From Candidatus Nomurabacteria bacterium RIFCSPLOWO2_01_FULL_42_17 (GTDB lineage Bacteria; Patescibacteriota; Minisyncoccia; Phycocordibacterales; UBA9973), in assembly GCA_001785985.1 (NCBI GenBank), contig MFVE01000002.1, forward strand, positions 28,600-92,599: a stretch of 64,000 bases of DNA, given 5' to 3'. Below are positions 1-9,756 of this stretch, in pieces. The first letter of the stretch is position 1. Each line of letters opens with the position of its first letter. The notes under the pieces were generated by a model that worked only from the letters and a program-made list of their open reading frames with translations, made no database searches and had not been told where the DNA came from. Made by a program: the position numbers and the translations under genes.

Positions 1-48
1 TCTACCGATTCTGCCAAAACCATTAATGCCAACTTTGATTGTTTTCAT
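1..48 (-). CDS. gap: Glyceraldehyde-3-phosphate dehydrogenase, N-terminal fragment (runs off window)
   Basis: Reverse strand reads MKTIKVGINGFGRIGR, the GAPDH NAD-binding signature; TATAGT lies 6 nt upstream of the ATG. Confidence 0.9.
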   Translation of the reverse strand, partial: MKTIKVGINGFGRIGR

Positions 49-72
49 GTTATTACTATAACACTTTTTAAA

Positions 73-375
73 CTAAATTTTAATCTCCAACTTTCCACCA
101 AGCGCGGTGGAAAGTTTCTTTAGAAAAGAAAGTGTCGGATTGTATGCGCCAGATTCAAATCGAGCTATAGCAGGTTGTTTTGTGCCAAGTTTCTTTGCTA
201 AATCTTTTTGAGACATTTTATTTTTTATTCTCATTTTTATCATTGCCTCAACAATAGCAAACTCTGGTTCCCAATCTTCGTAGGCTTTTCTATATTTAGG
301 ATCTTTCATCCATTTTTCATGCAGATCGGAAAATTTAGTCATATCCTTTATTGATTTTTTTTGTTCTTTTTTCAT
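73..375 (-). CDS. XRE/HTH antitoxin (HigA-like)
   Basis: HTH_3 pattern MSQKDLAKKLGTKQPAIARFESG; directly downstream of a RelE-like gene. Confidence 0.85.
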   Translation of the reverse strand: MKKEQKKSIKDMTKFSDLHEKWMKDPKYRKAYEDWEPEFAIVEAMIKMRIKNKMSQKDLAKKLGTKQPAIARFESGAYNPTLSFLKKLSTALGGKLEIKI

Positions 376-382
376 ACTTTAC

Positions 383-404
383 AATATAACATATACGTTA
401 TATT
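383..404. promoter_or_regulatory. Inverted-repeat operator over the antitoxin promoter
   Basis: AATATAAC-N6-GTTATATT perfect 8-bp inverted repeat just upstream of the antitoxin ATG. Confidence 0.55.
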
Positions 405-418
405 AAACAAGTGGATAA

Positions 419-727
419 CTATGAGATAGCAGTCTGCCTTCTTTTCGCTAAATCTAATTCCCTTTTTGCTATTCTATCAGTCTTTTTTGCGAAAGCATGA
501 AGTAAAATAGCACAATTCTCATGAAAACAATATATTATCCTGATAGGAACTTTACCAGATATACGCAATTCAAAAAGTCCCCCACCTAAGCTTTTACTGT
601 AAGGCATTTCTATTTCATTTCCAACCATAATTAACATGTGCAAAACTTTTGAAACTTTACTTCTAGTAATTTCTTCCAAGCTCTCTAAGAATTTATCTAC
701 ATCAGTTGAAAAGTTTCTGATTTCCAT
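419..727 (-). CDS. RelE/ParE-family toxin (HigB/Gp49-like)
   Basis: MPYSKSLGGGLFELR...RIIY...LLHAFAKKT...ELDLAKRR pattern; toxin-first gene order. Confidence 0.85.
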   Translation of the reverse strand: MEIRNFSTDVDKFLESLEEITRSKVSKVLHMLIMVGNEIEMPYSKSLGGGLFELRISGKVPIRIIYCFHENCAILLHAFAKKTDRIAKRELDLAKRRQTAIS

Positions 728-732
728 CGTAA

Positions 733-1005
733 CTAAATACCTTTATTTCTATTTTTAATTTTTCCGTAAATCCAGCCAATCAGAGCCCCGTAAGCAAAAC
801 CATTTAATATGACAACAATAATCTGTCCTAATATTGGCATTGTTCCAAGTATCATGCCTGGTCCTGAAAGAACGTACATAGTTGTTGGCAGATAAAAGTA
901 GTTAATGGCATCAGCCAGATTACCATCAGTCCCTTTGAAAAGATAAATAGGAACCGAAATAATCCCACACATAAGACCTATCCACAACCAATATTTTGTT
1001 TTCAT
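733..1005 (-). CDS. Small membrane protein, unknown function
   Basis: Hydrophobic ORF; TATAAT 6 nt before ATG at 1005; divergent from dnaE. Confidence 0.6.
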   Translation of the reverse strand: MKTKYWLWIGLMCGIISVPIYLFKGTDGNLADAINYFYLPTTMYVLSGPGMILGTMPILGQIIVVILNGFAYGALIGWIYGKIKNRNKGI

Positions 1006-1050
1006 CTTCACATTATACCAAATAATAAAAAAAAAGGTATAATCACAGAA

Positions 1051-4000
1051 ATGGAAAAAGACTTAAAATTCATACACCTCCACACCCATTCCCACTATTC
1101 TCTATTAGACGGGCTTTCGAAGCTTGAAGATTTAGTCGCTCTCGCCAAGAAGGCGGGAATGCCGGCGATGGCCATCACAGATCACGGCAACATGTATGGG
1201 GCGATTGAATTTTATAAACTTGCTAAAAAGGAAGGTATCAAGCCCATCATCGGAGTGGAAGCATACATGACAGCGGGAAATCGTAAGGACAAAACGACGG
1301 AAGCTGGAGGCACGAAGCGATATTATCACCTCACCTTGCTCGCAAAAAATCTAGAGGGCTATAAAAATCTGATGAAGTTGGTGACCATTGCCAACCTCGA
1401 AGGATATTATTACAAACCGAGAATGGATAAAGAAATCTTGCGAAAATATTCTGACGGAATTATAGCTTTGTCTGGATGTCTCGGCGGAGAACTATCACAG
1501 ACAGTAATGAAGGGCGACACGAAAAAAGCGGATGAACTCGTCCGCGAATATCAAGATATCTTCGGCAAAGAAAATTATTTTATAGAAATTCAATGCCATC
1601 CCTCAGTAGAGAATGATAAGAATGTTCGGGAAACATTAATTGGACTCGCCAAAAAGCACAATATCCCAGTTGTCGGCACACAAGACTCGCATTATCCATG
1701 CAGTGACGACCATGACGCGCACCACACGCTACTTCAGATAAATACCCAGGGTGATGGAAAAGATGGTGCGAAGTTTGAATTCTCCAATGATGATTTTTCT
1801 TTTATTGATACAGAGAAAGCTTTAGAAGTGTTTAAAGATATTCCAGAAGCCGTAGAGAATACAATGAAAATAGCGGATATGTGCAACCTAGAACTCGAAC
1901 TCGGTAAATGGGTCTTCCCTGATTTCAAGATTGAAAGTGGAAAAAGTTATGACGAAGAACTGCGCGCATTAACCTATCAGGGCTTCCAAAGATTGCAATT
2001 AAAAGAAACACCAGAAATAAAAGAGCGAGTGGAATACGAATTAAAAATAATCAAAGACAAAGGCTATGCTCCGTATTTTCTAGTAGTGGGTGACCTCCTA
2101 AGATACGCAAAAGAAAATGGAATTTTGACTACTATCCGAGGCTCGGTCGCTGGCTCAATGGCGACCTATCTGCTCGGAATCACCAACGTCAATCCGATAG
2201 AATACAAAATACCTTTTGAAAGATTTTTAAATCCTTTTCGTCCATCTGCGCCGGATATTGATATGGATTTTGCTGATAATAGAAGGGATGAAATGATCGA
2301 ATATGTTAAAAAGAAATACGGCGAAGATAAAGTGGCACAAATCGGAACTTTTGGTACGATGATGGCCAGAGGCGCAGTACGCGATGTCGCTCGAGCGCTC
2401 GGCTATCCCTACACCATCGGCGACCGACTCTCTAAAATGATTCCGATGGGCTCACAAGGTATGCCAATGACCATCGATCACGCAATGGAAATAGTGCCAG
2501 AGTTATCACAAGCTTATAAAACAGAAAAAGATACAAAAAAAATAATAGACTTGGCAAAAAAACTAGAGGGATGCGTCCGGCACATCTCCGTCCACGCCGC
2601 GGGAGTGGTTATTTCTCCTATGCCACTTATAGAATACGTTCCACTTCAATACGACCCGAAAGGCGAAAATAAAATAATTACTCAATACGACATGTACAAT
2701 ATTGAAGAGGCGGGACTTTTAAAATTTGATTTCCTCGGCATTAGAAACTTATCTATTTTATCCGATAGTGTCAGTCTCGTAAAAAAATTTTATAACATTA
2801 ATATAGACATCGAACACGTCCCCCTAGATGATAAGAAAACTTTTGAACTTTTGGCAAATGGACAAACAGAAGGGCTCTTTCAACTAAATGGTTCCGGCAT
2901 GACCAGATATTTAAAAGAATTGAAACCCACGTCCATCCACGACATCAATGCGATGGTCGCCCTCTATCGTCCAGGACCAATGGAGACAATTCCAGAATAT
3001 ATCAAACGCAAACATAATCCTAGACTAGTAAAATATTTAGATCCGAGAATGAAAAAATATTTAGGAGAGTCTTATGGACTCATCGTGTATCAAGACGACC
3101 TTTTATTCTCTGCCATAGAGCTCGCCGGCTACAACTGGGAAGAAGCCGATAAATTCCGCAAAGCTGTCGGAAAAAAAATCCCCGCAGAAATGGCAGCGCA
3201 GAGAGAAAAATTTACTAAAGGAATTATATCAAACGGACAAACTCCAGAATTTGCCGAAAAACTTTGGAAACTTTTTGAACCATTCCAAGCTTACGGCTTC
3301 AATAAAGCTCATGCAGCCAGCTACGGAAAAGTCGCCTATCAGACGGCTTATATGAAGGCAAATTACCCTGTCGAATATATGGCTGCGATTCTGACAGCCG
3401 AATCCGGCGACGTAGAAAAAATTTCCGAAATAATCAATGAATGCAAGAATATGAATATTTCGGTTTTGCCTCCGCACATAAATGAAAGTTATGGCGGCTT
3501 CACTTGTCTGCCTAATGAAAAAGACACGACGATCAGCGACAAAAATAAAAGCGTAAAAATAAGATTTGGATTCTACACTATCAAGCATCTGGGCACGGAC
3601 ATCGCCGATAGCATTATCGCTGAAAGAAAGTCGCAGGGTAAATTTAAATCAATCAGCGATTTCTTGGACAGAATTAAGCATAAAAATTTAAACAAAAAGT
3701 CCTTGGAAGCACTGATCAAGTCCGGCTGCATGGACGAATGGGGCGATCGAGGCGTAATGCTCTCAAATGTAGAGGCCATGCTCGCATACAATCACGAAAT
3801 AAACAAACAAAATCAAAATCAGGTTTCTCTTTTTGGTGGGACCGCTAAAATCAAAGCTCCAGAATTTAAATTACAAAACGCACCGGCGGCGACCCAGGCA
3901 GAAAAACTTCTTTGGGAAAAAGAGTTGTTGGGACTTTACATTTCCGGACATCCGCTCGATCGCATTCGCGAGAAATTGGAAAGCCGAGATATGAACATAA

Positions 4001-4272
4001 AAAAAATAAAAGAATCTGTGGGCAATGGCATCCAAATAACTATCGCGGGAATTATAGAAACCGCCAGAGTTGTAATCACGAAAAATAATGAAAGAATGGC
4101 CTTCTTGAAGATTGCCGACTTGACTGACTCTATCGAAGCTGTCTGTTTCCCCTCCATCTTTAAAGAATCCGTCGAAATATTTGTCCCCGAAAAATGCATC
4201 GCGCTGTCCGGCAAAGTCTCTTTGCGTAACGGCGAAAAGAGCATTATAATAGAGGCAGTGAAGGAGGTCTAG
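1051..4272 (+). CDS. dnaE: DNA polymerase III alpha subunit
   Basis: PHP motif HLHTHSHYSLLDG, RGSVAGS, PDIDMDF, FNKAHA, C-terminal OB fold. Confidence 0.98.
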   Translation: MEKDLKFIHLHTHSHYSLLDGLSKLEDLVALAKKAGMPAMAITDHGNMYGAIEFYKLAKKEGIKPIIGVEAYMTAGNRKDKTTEAGGTKRYYHLTLLAKNLEGYKNLMKLVTIANLEGYYYKPRMDKEILRKYSDGIIALSGCLGGELSQTVMKGDTKKADELVREYQDIFGKENYFIEIQCHPSVENDKNVRETLIGLAKKHNIPVVGTQDSHYPCSDDHDAHHTLLQINTQGDGKDGAKFEFSNDDFSFIDTEKALEVFKDIPEAVENTMKIADMCNLELELGKWVFPDFKIESGKSYDEELRALTYQGFQRLQLKETPEIKERVEYELKIIKDKGYAPYFLVVGDLLRYAKENGILTTIRGSVAGSMATYLLGITNVNPIEYKIPFERFLNPFRPSAPDIDMDFADNRRDEMIEYVKKKYGEDKVAQIGTFGTMMARGAVRDVARALGYPYTIGDRLSKMIPMGSQGMPMTIDHAMEIVPELSQAYKTEKDTKKIIDLAKKLEGCVRHISVHAAGVVISPMPLIEYVPLQYDPKGENKIITQYDMYNIEEAGLLKFDFLGIRNLSILSDSVSLVKKFYNINIDIEHVPLDDKKTFELLANGQTEGLFQLNGSGMTRYLKELKPTSIHDINAMVALYRPGPMETIPEYIKRKHNPRLVKYLDPRMKKYLGESYGLIVYQDDLLFSAIELAGYNWEEADKFRKAVGKKIPAEMAAQREKFTKGIISNGQTPEFAEKLWKLFEPFQAYGFNKAHAASYGKVAYQTAYMKANYPVEYMAAILTAESGDVEKISEIINECKNMNISVLPPHINESYGGFTCLPNEKDTTISDKNKSVKIRFGFYTIKHLGTDIADSIIAERKSQGKFKSISDFLDRIKHKNLNKKSLEALIKSGCMDEWGDRGVMLSNVEAMLAYNHEINKQNQNQVSLFGGTAKIKAPEFKLQNAPAATQAEKLLWEKELLGLYISGHPLDRIREKLESRDMNIKKIKESVGNGIQITIAGIIETARVVITKNNERMAFLKIADLTDSIEAVCFPSIFKESVEIFVPEKCIALSGKVSLRNGEKSIIIEAVKEV

Positions 4273-4299
4273 ATTTTATCAGTAACTTTTTTAAAAATA

Positions 4300-4485
4300 A
4301 TGAGACACACAATAGAAAAATCTCCAAGTTCCTCGCCAGATCAACCAAGCCCAGAAGAAAAGATGGCAAACATTATACGCGCCAAACTTGCCCGAGGATT
4401 GACACTCACAGAGACAGAAGAAGCATTTCTAAGAGAACAAAAAAGAGAAAATTGGCGAGATGATAATCCTAGATACGAGCATTAA
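4300..4485 (+). CDS. Small hypothetical protein
   Basis: 61-aa ORF following dnaE, no recognised motif. Confidence 0.4.
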   Translation: MRHTIEKSPSSSPDQPSPEEKMANIIRAKLARGLTLTETEEAFLREQKRENWRDDNPRYEH

Positions 4486-4535
4486 TTATATAAATACTAG
4501 AAAGGAAGTTAAATTGCTATGAGATTTTCTTTATT

Positions 4536-4561
4536 CACATTTACGCCATGGCTTAAATGTG
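4536..4561. repeat. Palindromic repeat, copy 1 flanking the Cas2-like gene
   Basis: CACATTTA-CGCCATGGCT-TAAATGTG; shares TACGCCATGGCT with 4983-4994. Confidence 0.7.
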
Positions 4562-4579
4562 TAAAGAGGATTTTACAGA

Positions 4580-4954
4580 TTACTTGCCTGTAGTATACGA
4601 TCTTGCTAATTTGAACGTTTTTAATTTATCTTTTAAGCCAATAACTTTTATATACTCTAGAAATTCTTTTGGTAAAGTTGATGGACCAACCCAGACACTT
4701 TTTTGAATCATTATATAATCAAAATTTACTAATTGCCTACGAAACCAATCGCGCTCTTTTTTCTTATTTTGAGGAATATCATACATAACGATCAAATTCT
4801 TTGGTGCATCCTTTTTGAACTCTGATTCAAAAGTCAGATAATAGAATTTCCTTTTTCTGTACTCCTTCTTTATACGAGACTTCTGGCCACTTCCACTTAC
4901 TGGCAAGCCAAAAATATTTACTCTCATACCTTTATAGGAAAAAGTTCTGCTCAT
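4580..4954 (-). CDS. Stand-alone Cas2/PaaX-like ferredoxin-fold protein
   Basis: LIVMYDIP...ERDWFRRQL...IQKSVW pattern; no other cas gene or array in the window. Confidence 0.75.
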   Translation of the reverse strand: MSRTFSYKGMRVNIFGLPVSGSGQKSRIKKEYRKRKFYYLTFESEFKKDAPKNLIVMYDIPQNKKKERDWFRRQLVNFDYIMIQKSVWVGPSTLPKEFLEYIKVIGLKDKLKTFKLARSYTTGK

Positions 4955-4974
4955 ATTATTATTTTACTACACAA

Positions 4975-5004
4975 TACATATATACGCCATGGCTGATATA
5001 TGTA
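4975..5004. repeat. Palindromic repeat, copy 2 flanking the Cas2-like gene
   Basis: TACATATAT-ACGCCATGGCTG-ATATATGTA. Confidence 0.7.
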
Positions 5005-5010
5005 AAAATA

Positions 5011-5340
5011 TTATTTTTTCTTCTTTAGAATCCACGAACCTATCAAAGTACCCATAATTGGTATAATGATTACTGGCCAGTATGAGGAATTAAGAATCTT
5101 GAACACAAATTTATAACTCACACAAATATCACCACCAGTTTGATAACCACATCGAGATGCGAGCATTAATCCTAAAATGTTAGTGTTAAAAATTAGACCG
5201 ACAATATAATTTATTGCTAATATAATCAGACCAATTGTCATCAACAAACATATCGCATATAACAAAAATAAAAACCAAAAAAGTGTCGTCGGAATCCGTG
5301 CTTTATATAAAGAATTACTATCTTTTTTATCTGGATTCAT
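5011..5340 (-). CDS. Hypothetical membrane protein
   Basis: Two hydrophobic segments; follows pth. Confidence 0.55.
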   Translation of the reverse strand: MNPDKKDSNSLYKARIPTTLFWFLFLLYAICLLMTIGLIILAINYIVGLIFNTNILGLMLASRCGYQTGGDICVSYKFVFKILNSSYWPVIIIPIMGTLIGSWILKKKK

Positions 5341-5343
5341 AAT

Positions 5344-5871
5344 TTAATTATACAAACTCATTGCCTTCTCTTTACCTTCGGAGAAGATAGTTTCCACTGC
5401 TTCGGCAACTTTCTTAGAAAGTTTTTTGATTGTCTCTAATTCTGATTTTTTGAATTCGCCCAGTAAAAAATTTAATATCGCCTTTTCGCCTTTTGGTTTT
5501 TTCACCACGCCCTTTGGGGTAGCTGGTGAAATACCGACTCTAATACGCAAAAATTCTTCACTCTTGAGCGCTTTGATTATTGACCCCAAGCCGTTATGCC
5601 CGCCCGAAGATCGATTAAAAGAAATTTTGATTTTCCCTAACGGCAAATCTATATCGTCGTAAATTACAATTAAATCCTTCAGAGCTTTCTTGCCCGCCAA
5701 AGCCTTGGCGACGGCGGGACCCGAATTATTCATAAAAGTATCTGGAGTGATAAATTTTATTTTATGGCCCTCTATTTTTTTTTCCACCAAACCAACCATA
5801 ATCCGCCCAGTATTATGTCTGGTATTTTCATATTCATTTCCCGGATTTCCTAAGCCAACAACAAGTTTCAT
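5344..5871 (-). CDS. pth: Peptidyl-tRNA hydrolase
   Basis: LVVGLGNPG..Y..TRHN, FMNNSG, SGGHNG, RIRVGI. Confidence 0.95.
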   Translation of the reverse strand: MKLVVGLGNPGNEYENTRHNTGRIMVGLVEKKIEGHKIKFITPDTFMNNSGPAVAKALAGKKALKDLIVIYDDIDLPLGKIKISFNRSSGGHNGLGSIIKALKSEEFLRIRVGISPATPKGVVKKPKGEKAILNFLLGEFKKSELETIKKLSKKVAEAVETIFSEGKEKAMSLYN

Positions 5872-5896
5872 TTTCTTATGATAACACAAAAAAGAA

Positions 5897-5942
5897 CCTC
5901 TCCCAACCCTCTCCTTACCAAGGAGAGGGCGAAGGGTGAGGT
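5897..5942. repeat. CCCTCTCC...GGAGAGGG palindromic repeat (family flanking the DUF559 gene)
   Basis: CCTCTCCCAACCCTCTCCTTACCAAGGAGAGGG matches copies at 8201, 63322, 63386, 63780. Confidence 0.8.
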
Positions 5943-6003
5943 GAATTTATTACAAAACAAATAACAATACTATGTCAAGGATTTTTTGTGTTATATTACA
6001 ACG

Positions 6004-6564
6004 ATGGAACCAACGAAAACCAGAGGTCAGTCGTTTTGGGAACTCGTACGTTTTATATTTCTGGCGCTAATAATAGTCATTCCCGTCCGCGTACTGATCG
6101 CGGAGCCATTTGTGGTTTCAGGAAATTCTATGGTCCCTACTTTTGAGAATGCAGATTATTTAATTGTAGATAAAATATCTTATAGATTCAGCGAACCAAA
6201 GAGAGATGACATTGTGATCTTTCGATATCCAAATGATCCGACAAAATTCTTTATCAAAAGAATAATCGGCCTGCCACAAGAGACGGTGGACATAAAAGGC
6301 AGTACAGTAACTATAATCAATGAAAAATATAAAGAAGGATTCACTCTCAATGAACCTTATGTAAAAAATAATGCAAACAATCTGACTCATTTTGAACTGA
6401 AGAATGATGAATACTTCGTAATGGGAGACAATCGAAGCGGGAGTTCGGATTCCAGATCTTGGGGAGCGGTAAAAAGAGAGCTGATCACAGGCAAAGCCTT
6501 CTTGCGATTATTGCCGATAAAAAAACTTAGTATCTTGCCGGGCAATTATAAACAAACAGAGTAA
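6004..6564 (+). CDS. lepB: Signal peptidase I
   Basis: SGNSMVPT (Ser), FIKRIIG (Lys), MGDNR..S.DSR. Confidence 0.95.
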   Translation: MEPTKTRGQSFWELVRFIFLALIIVIPVRVLIAEPFVVSGNSMVPTFENADYLIVDKISYRFSEPKRDDIVIFRYPNDPTKFFIKRIIGLPQETVDIKGSTVTIINEKYKEGFTLNEPYVKNNANNLTHFELKNDEYFVMGDNRSGSSDSRSWGAVKRELITGKAFLRLLPIKKLSILPGNYKQTE

Positions 6565-6578
6565 ACAGTCAAATTAAA

Positions 6579-7880
6579 ATGAAAAAACCAACTAATAAAA
6601 ACAGGATGCAAGATATTTCATCGCCCAAAGGAATGAGAGATTTGATGAATGAAGAATATTATTCTTTTCAAGGATTTTTTGAAAAAGCGCAGGAAGTGGC
6701 AGTGTATTATGGCTTTAAACCAATCGACACTCCGATCTTAGAACACGAAGAAATTTTTACCACGGGGATAGGCGAAGGAACAGATATTGTGGATAAAGAA
6801 ATGTACACGCTGAAGACCAAAGGCGGCGACCACTTGGCGCTCCGACCAGAGCACACCGCGCCACTCGCTCGCGCCTATGTCGAACACGGAATGCAAGCAC
6901 TCCCCCAGCCAGTAATGCTTTACCAATACGGTCCGATCTTTCGACATGACAAGCCTCAGCGCGGACGCTACAGGCAATTTTGGCAATTTGATTTGGATTC
7001 ACTAGGAAACGATAAAAGCATTATGGACGCGCTGGTGATCAAAGCTGGCATGAGCATTTTAGAAGAAGCTGGAGCTTCGAGCCTTTCGATCGATATCAAT
7101 TCCATCGGAGACAAAGAATGCCGAAATGGATACATCAGAGAGCTGACAAACTACTACAAAAAGCACATTGGCCAACTCCCGGGTATTGATCGAGAACGCC
7201 TGAAGACAAATCCGCTGCGCATCTTGGACTCCAAAGAAGAAAAGACAAAAGAAATAAACGAGGGCGCTCCAGACTCGATATCTTTCCTTTGCCCTTCTTG
7301 CAAAAAACACTTCAAAGAAGTCTTGGAATATTTAGAAGAAATGAATATTCAATACAATATAAACAAAAATTTAGTGCGGGGGCTTTCCTATTATACCCGC
7401 ACTGTTTTTGAGATAATGGAACAAGGAGGCGCTGAGGATGGCGGAGCGCTCGCGCTGGCTGGCGGCGGACGCTATGACTATCTAGCTCGCCATCTTGGAA
7501 GCAAAAAAGATGTGCCAGCAGTCGGGATTTCGATCGGAGTAGACAGAATAGTCGCCTCGGCTTGGTACAAGAAATTAACGCCGCGCATATTAAAAAAGCC
7601 GAAAATTTATTTCATCCAGCTCGGGTCTGAAGCAAAATTGAAAAGTTTGAATATAATTGAGATATTAAGGAAGGCGCATATCCCCATCGCCCAATCGCTT
7701 TCCAAGGATAGCCTAGGCTCGCAATTGGCCATCGCCGAGAAGCTGGCTATCCCTTACGCGCTCATCTTCGGAGTCAAAGAAGCCCTAGATAATTCAGTGA
7801 TAGTGCGAGATATGAGCAATCGATCCCAAGACACTGTGAAATTGCCGAAGCTTCTGGAATATTTGAAAGAACTAAAATAA
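6579..7880 (+). CDS. hisS: Histidine--tRNA ligase
   Basis: PKGMRD, LRPEHT, RHDKPQRGRYRQF, LVRGLSYYT, GGGRYD. Confidence 0.97.
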   Translation: MKKPTNKNRMQDISSPKGMRDLMNEEYYSFQGFFEKAQEVAVYYGFKPIDTPILEHEEIFTTGIGEGTDIVDKEMYTLKTKGGDHLALRPEHTAPLARAYVEHGMQALPQPVMLYQYGPIFRHDKPQRGRYRQFWQFDLDSLGNDKSIMDALVIKAGMSILEEAGASSLSIDINSIGDKECRNGYIRELTNYYKKHIGQLPGIDRERLKTNPLRILDSKEEKTKEINEGAPDSISFLCPSCKKHFKEVLEYLEEMNIQYNINKNLVRGLSYYTRTVFEIMEQGGAEDGGALALAGGGRYDYLARHLGSKKDVPAVGISIGVDRIVASAWYKKLTPRILKKPKIYFIQLGSEAKLKSLNIIEILRKAHIPIAQSLSKDSLGSQLAIAEKLAIPYALIFGVKEALDNSVIVRDMSNRSQDTVKLPKLLEYLKELK

Positions 7881-7909
7881 AGCTAGCTTGTAGGGATTAG
7901 TAAAATACA

Positions 7910-8518
7910 ATGCTAAAAAAAATTTTACAATTTCAAAAAGAACCTGCCCGCAATGCTTCGCATAGCGATGCAGGCGGGGAAAAAATTCTGCGCCAAGTCG
8001 CGAAAGAAGTGCCTCTGCCTGAGATCACAACCATTAAAATAAAAAAAATATTAAGAGAGATGTCCGAAGCTTTGGAAAGCCAAGATGATGGCGTAGCGAT
8101 AGCGGCGCCGCAGATCGGATACTCACTGAAGATATTTTTAGTGTCTAGTAGGGTTTTGAAAGCAGGATTCGCTAAGAATCAGGAAGCATTCGAAAAAGAA
8201 CCTCACCCCGACCCTCTCCTTGTAAAGGAGAGGGAGAAAATAGTAAAAGACCTAGTTTTTATCAACCCAAAAATATCCAAACTCTCCCGTGAAAAGAAAT
8301 GGGTGCCAGAAGGCTGTCTCTCTGTCCGCCCTCTCTACGGTAAGACATTTAGATCTATCAAGGCGACAGTCACAGCCTATGATGAAAATGGCAAGAAATT
8401 TAAGAGAGGCGCCTCGGGATTGCTCGCACAAATCTTTCAGCATGAGACGGATCATTTAAATGGAATACTTTTTATTGATCAAGCCAAAGATATAAGGGAA
8501 GAGTTACCGAAAAAATAA
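7910..8518 (+). CDS. def: Peptide deformylase carrying two in-frame palindromic inserts
   Basis: GVAIAAPQIG, EGCLS, QHETDHLNG; inserts at 7943-7978 and 8201-8236. Confidence 0.95.
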   Translation: MLKKILQFQKEPARNASHSDAGGEKILRQVAKEVPLPEITTIKIKKILREMSEALESQDDGVAIAAPQIGYSLKIFLVSSRVLKAGFAKNQEAFEKEPHPDPLLVKEREKIVKDLVFINPKISKLSREKKWVPEGCLSVRPLYGKTFRSIKATVTAYDENGKKFKRGASGLLAQIFQHETDHLNGILFIDQAKDIREELPKK

Positions 8519-8519
8519 T

Positions 8520-9362
8520 ATGCAAAATTTTGTATTTTGGGGAACTCCAGACGTGGCATCCGAAACACTTGAGATATTAAAGCAAGCCGGATTTTTACCT
8601 TCTCTCATTATTACTTCCCTAGATAAACCTCAGGGACGCAAAATGCTTATAACTCCCCCGCCGGTAAAAGTCTGGGCAACTTTAAACAAGATTCCGTATT
8701 TACAACCTGAGAAACTAAACGAGGATTTTTTTAATCAGCTACAAGCTACCAGCTACAAGCTATCCGTCGTCGTCGCTTACGGAAAAATCATACCAGAAAA
8801 AATATTAAATATGCCTGAATTTGGCTCAATCAATATTCATTATTCTCTGCTGCCAAAATATCGCGGGGCTTCCCCTGTAGAATCAGCTATCTTAAATGGT
8901 GACGTAGAAACCGGTGTGACTATCCAGAAAATGGAATTTAAAATGGACTCTGGTCCGATCATCGCTCAAGAAAAAGTGAAGATATCGCCAGATGAAAAAG
9001 CGCCAGAGCTGCGCAAGAGGCTCATAAAACAAGGCGGGGAGATTTTAGTGAAAATCCTACCAGAATTTATTTCTGGAAAAATCAAACCCATCCCGCAAGA
9101 CGAAAGCCTTGCTTCCGTTTGCGGAAAAATTAAAAAAGAAGACGGACTGATAAATTTGGGAGCCGAGCTCCCAAATGTTTTATATAACAAGTTCAGAGCC
9201 TATGCCACCTGGCCGAGGATTTTCTTTTTCAAAGACGGCAAAAGAATTATCATCACTAATGCCGAACTGATAGACAATAAATTTGTAATTAAAAAAGTTT
9301 TACCTGAAGGCAGAAAAGAGATTACGTGGGAGGAATTTAAAAAGACTAATACTTCGAAGTAA
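8520..9362 (+). CDS. fmt: Methionyl-tRNA formyltransferase
   Basis: FWGTP, VVAYG, INIHYSLLPKYRGASP, MDSG; follows def. Confidence 0.95.
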   Translation: MQNFVFWGTPDVASETLEILKQAGFLPSLIITSLDKPQGRKMLITPPPVKVWATLNKIPYLQPEKLNEDFFNQLQATSYKLSVVVAYGKIIPEKILNMPEFGSINIHYSLLPKYRGASPVESAILNGDVETGVTIQKMEFKMDSGPIIAQEKVKISPDEKAPELRKRLIKQGGEILVKILPEFISGKIKPIPQDESLASVCGKIKKEDGLINLGAELPNVLYNKFRAYATWPRIFFFKDGKRIIITNAELIDNKFVIKKVLPEGRKEITWEEFKKTNTSK

Positions 9363-9744
9363 AAGGATTACGCTTGGAGAGGCCTTTCATCATTTTTTTG
9401 ACGCTCCTGGCTCCGCGATGCAAAAGCGTCTGACTGCGGTCTTTGTTTTTATTTATTTCATAATAGAGACTGTCTTTGATAGCATCAATGGCTTGATACA
9501 AGTCTTCTTTGTCAGCGCTGCCGTAAAATTCTTTGCCATCTATTTTGATCAAACAATCCGCGTGGAAAATTTCCCCCGATTTATGATGATTGGTAGACTT
9601 GCTCACCTCAAAATTTACCATCACTTTCCCCTGCCTTTCTTCTATCCTAGATAGCAATTTTTCCAAGTTGGTCACCCTCTTGGAAACATAGTCCTTAATG
9701 GCCTCCGTCAATTCAATATTTTTACCTTGTAGATTGATTTGCAT
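9346..9744 (-). CDS. hpf: Ribosome hibernation factor HPF/RaiA
   Basis: GKNIELTEAIKDYV...EDLYQAID (S30AE family). Confidence 0.9.
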   Translation of the reverse strand: MQINLQGKNIELTEAIKDYVSKRVTNLEKLLSRIEERQGKVMVNFEVSKSTNHHKSGEIFHADCLIKIDGKEFYGSADKEDLYQAIDAIKDSLYYEINKNKDRSQTLLHRGARSVKKMMKGLSKRNPFTSKY

Positions 9745-9756
9745 AGCTTTATTGTA

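Noticed and set aside
1051-4272. Intein or split in dnaE
   Set aside because: Length and motif order are continuous, with no intein terminal motifs noticed
4536-5004. CRISPR-Cas locus suggested by the Cas2-like gene
   Set aside because: Only two hairpins about 440 bp apart, no repeat-spacer periodicity and no other cas genes
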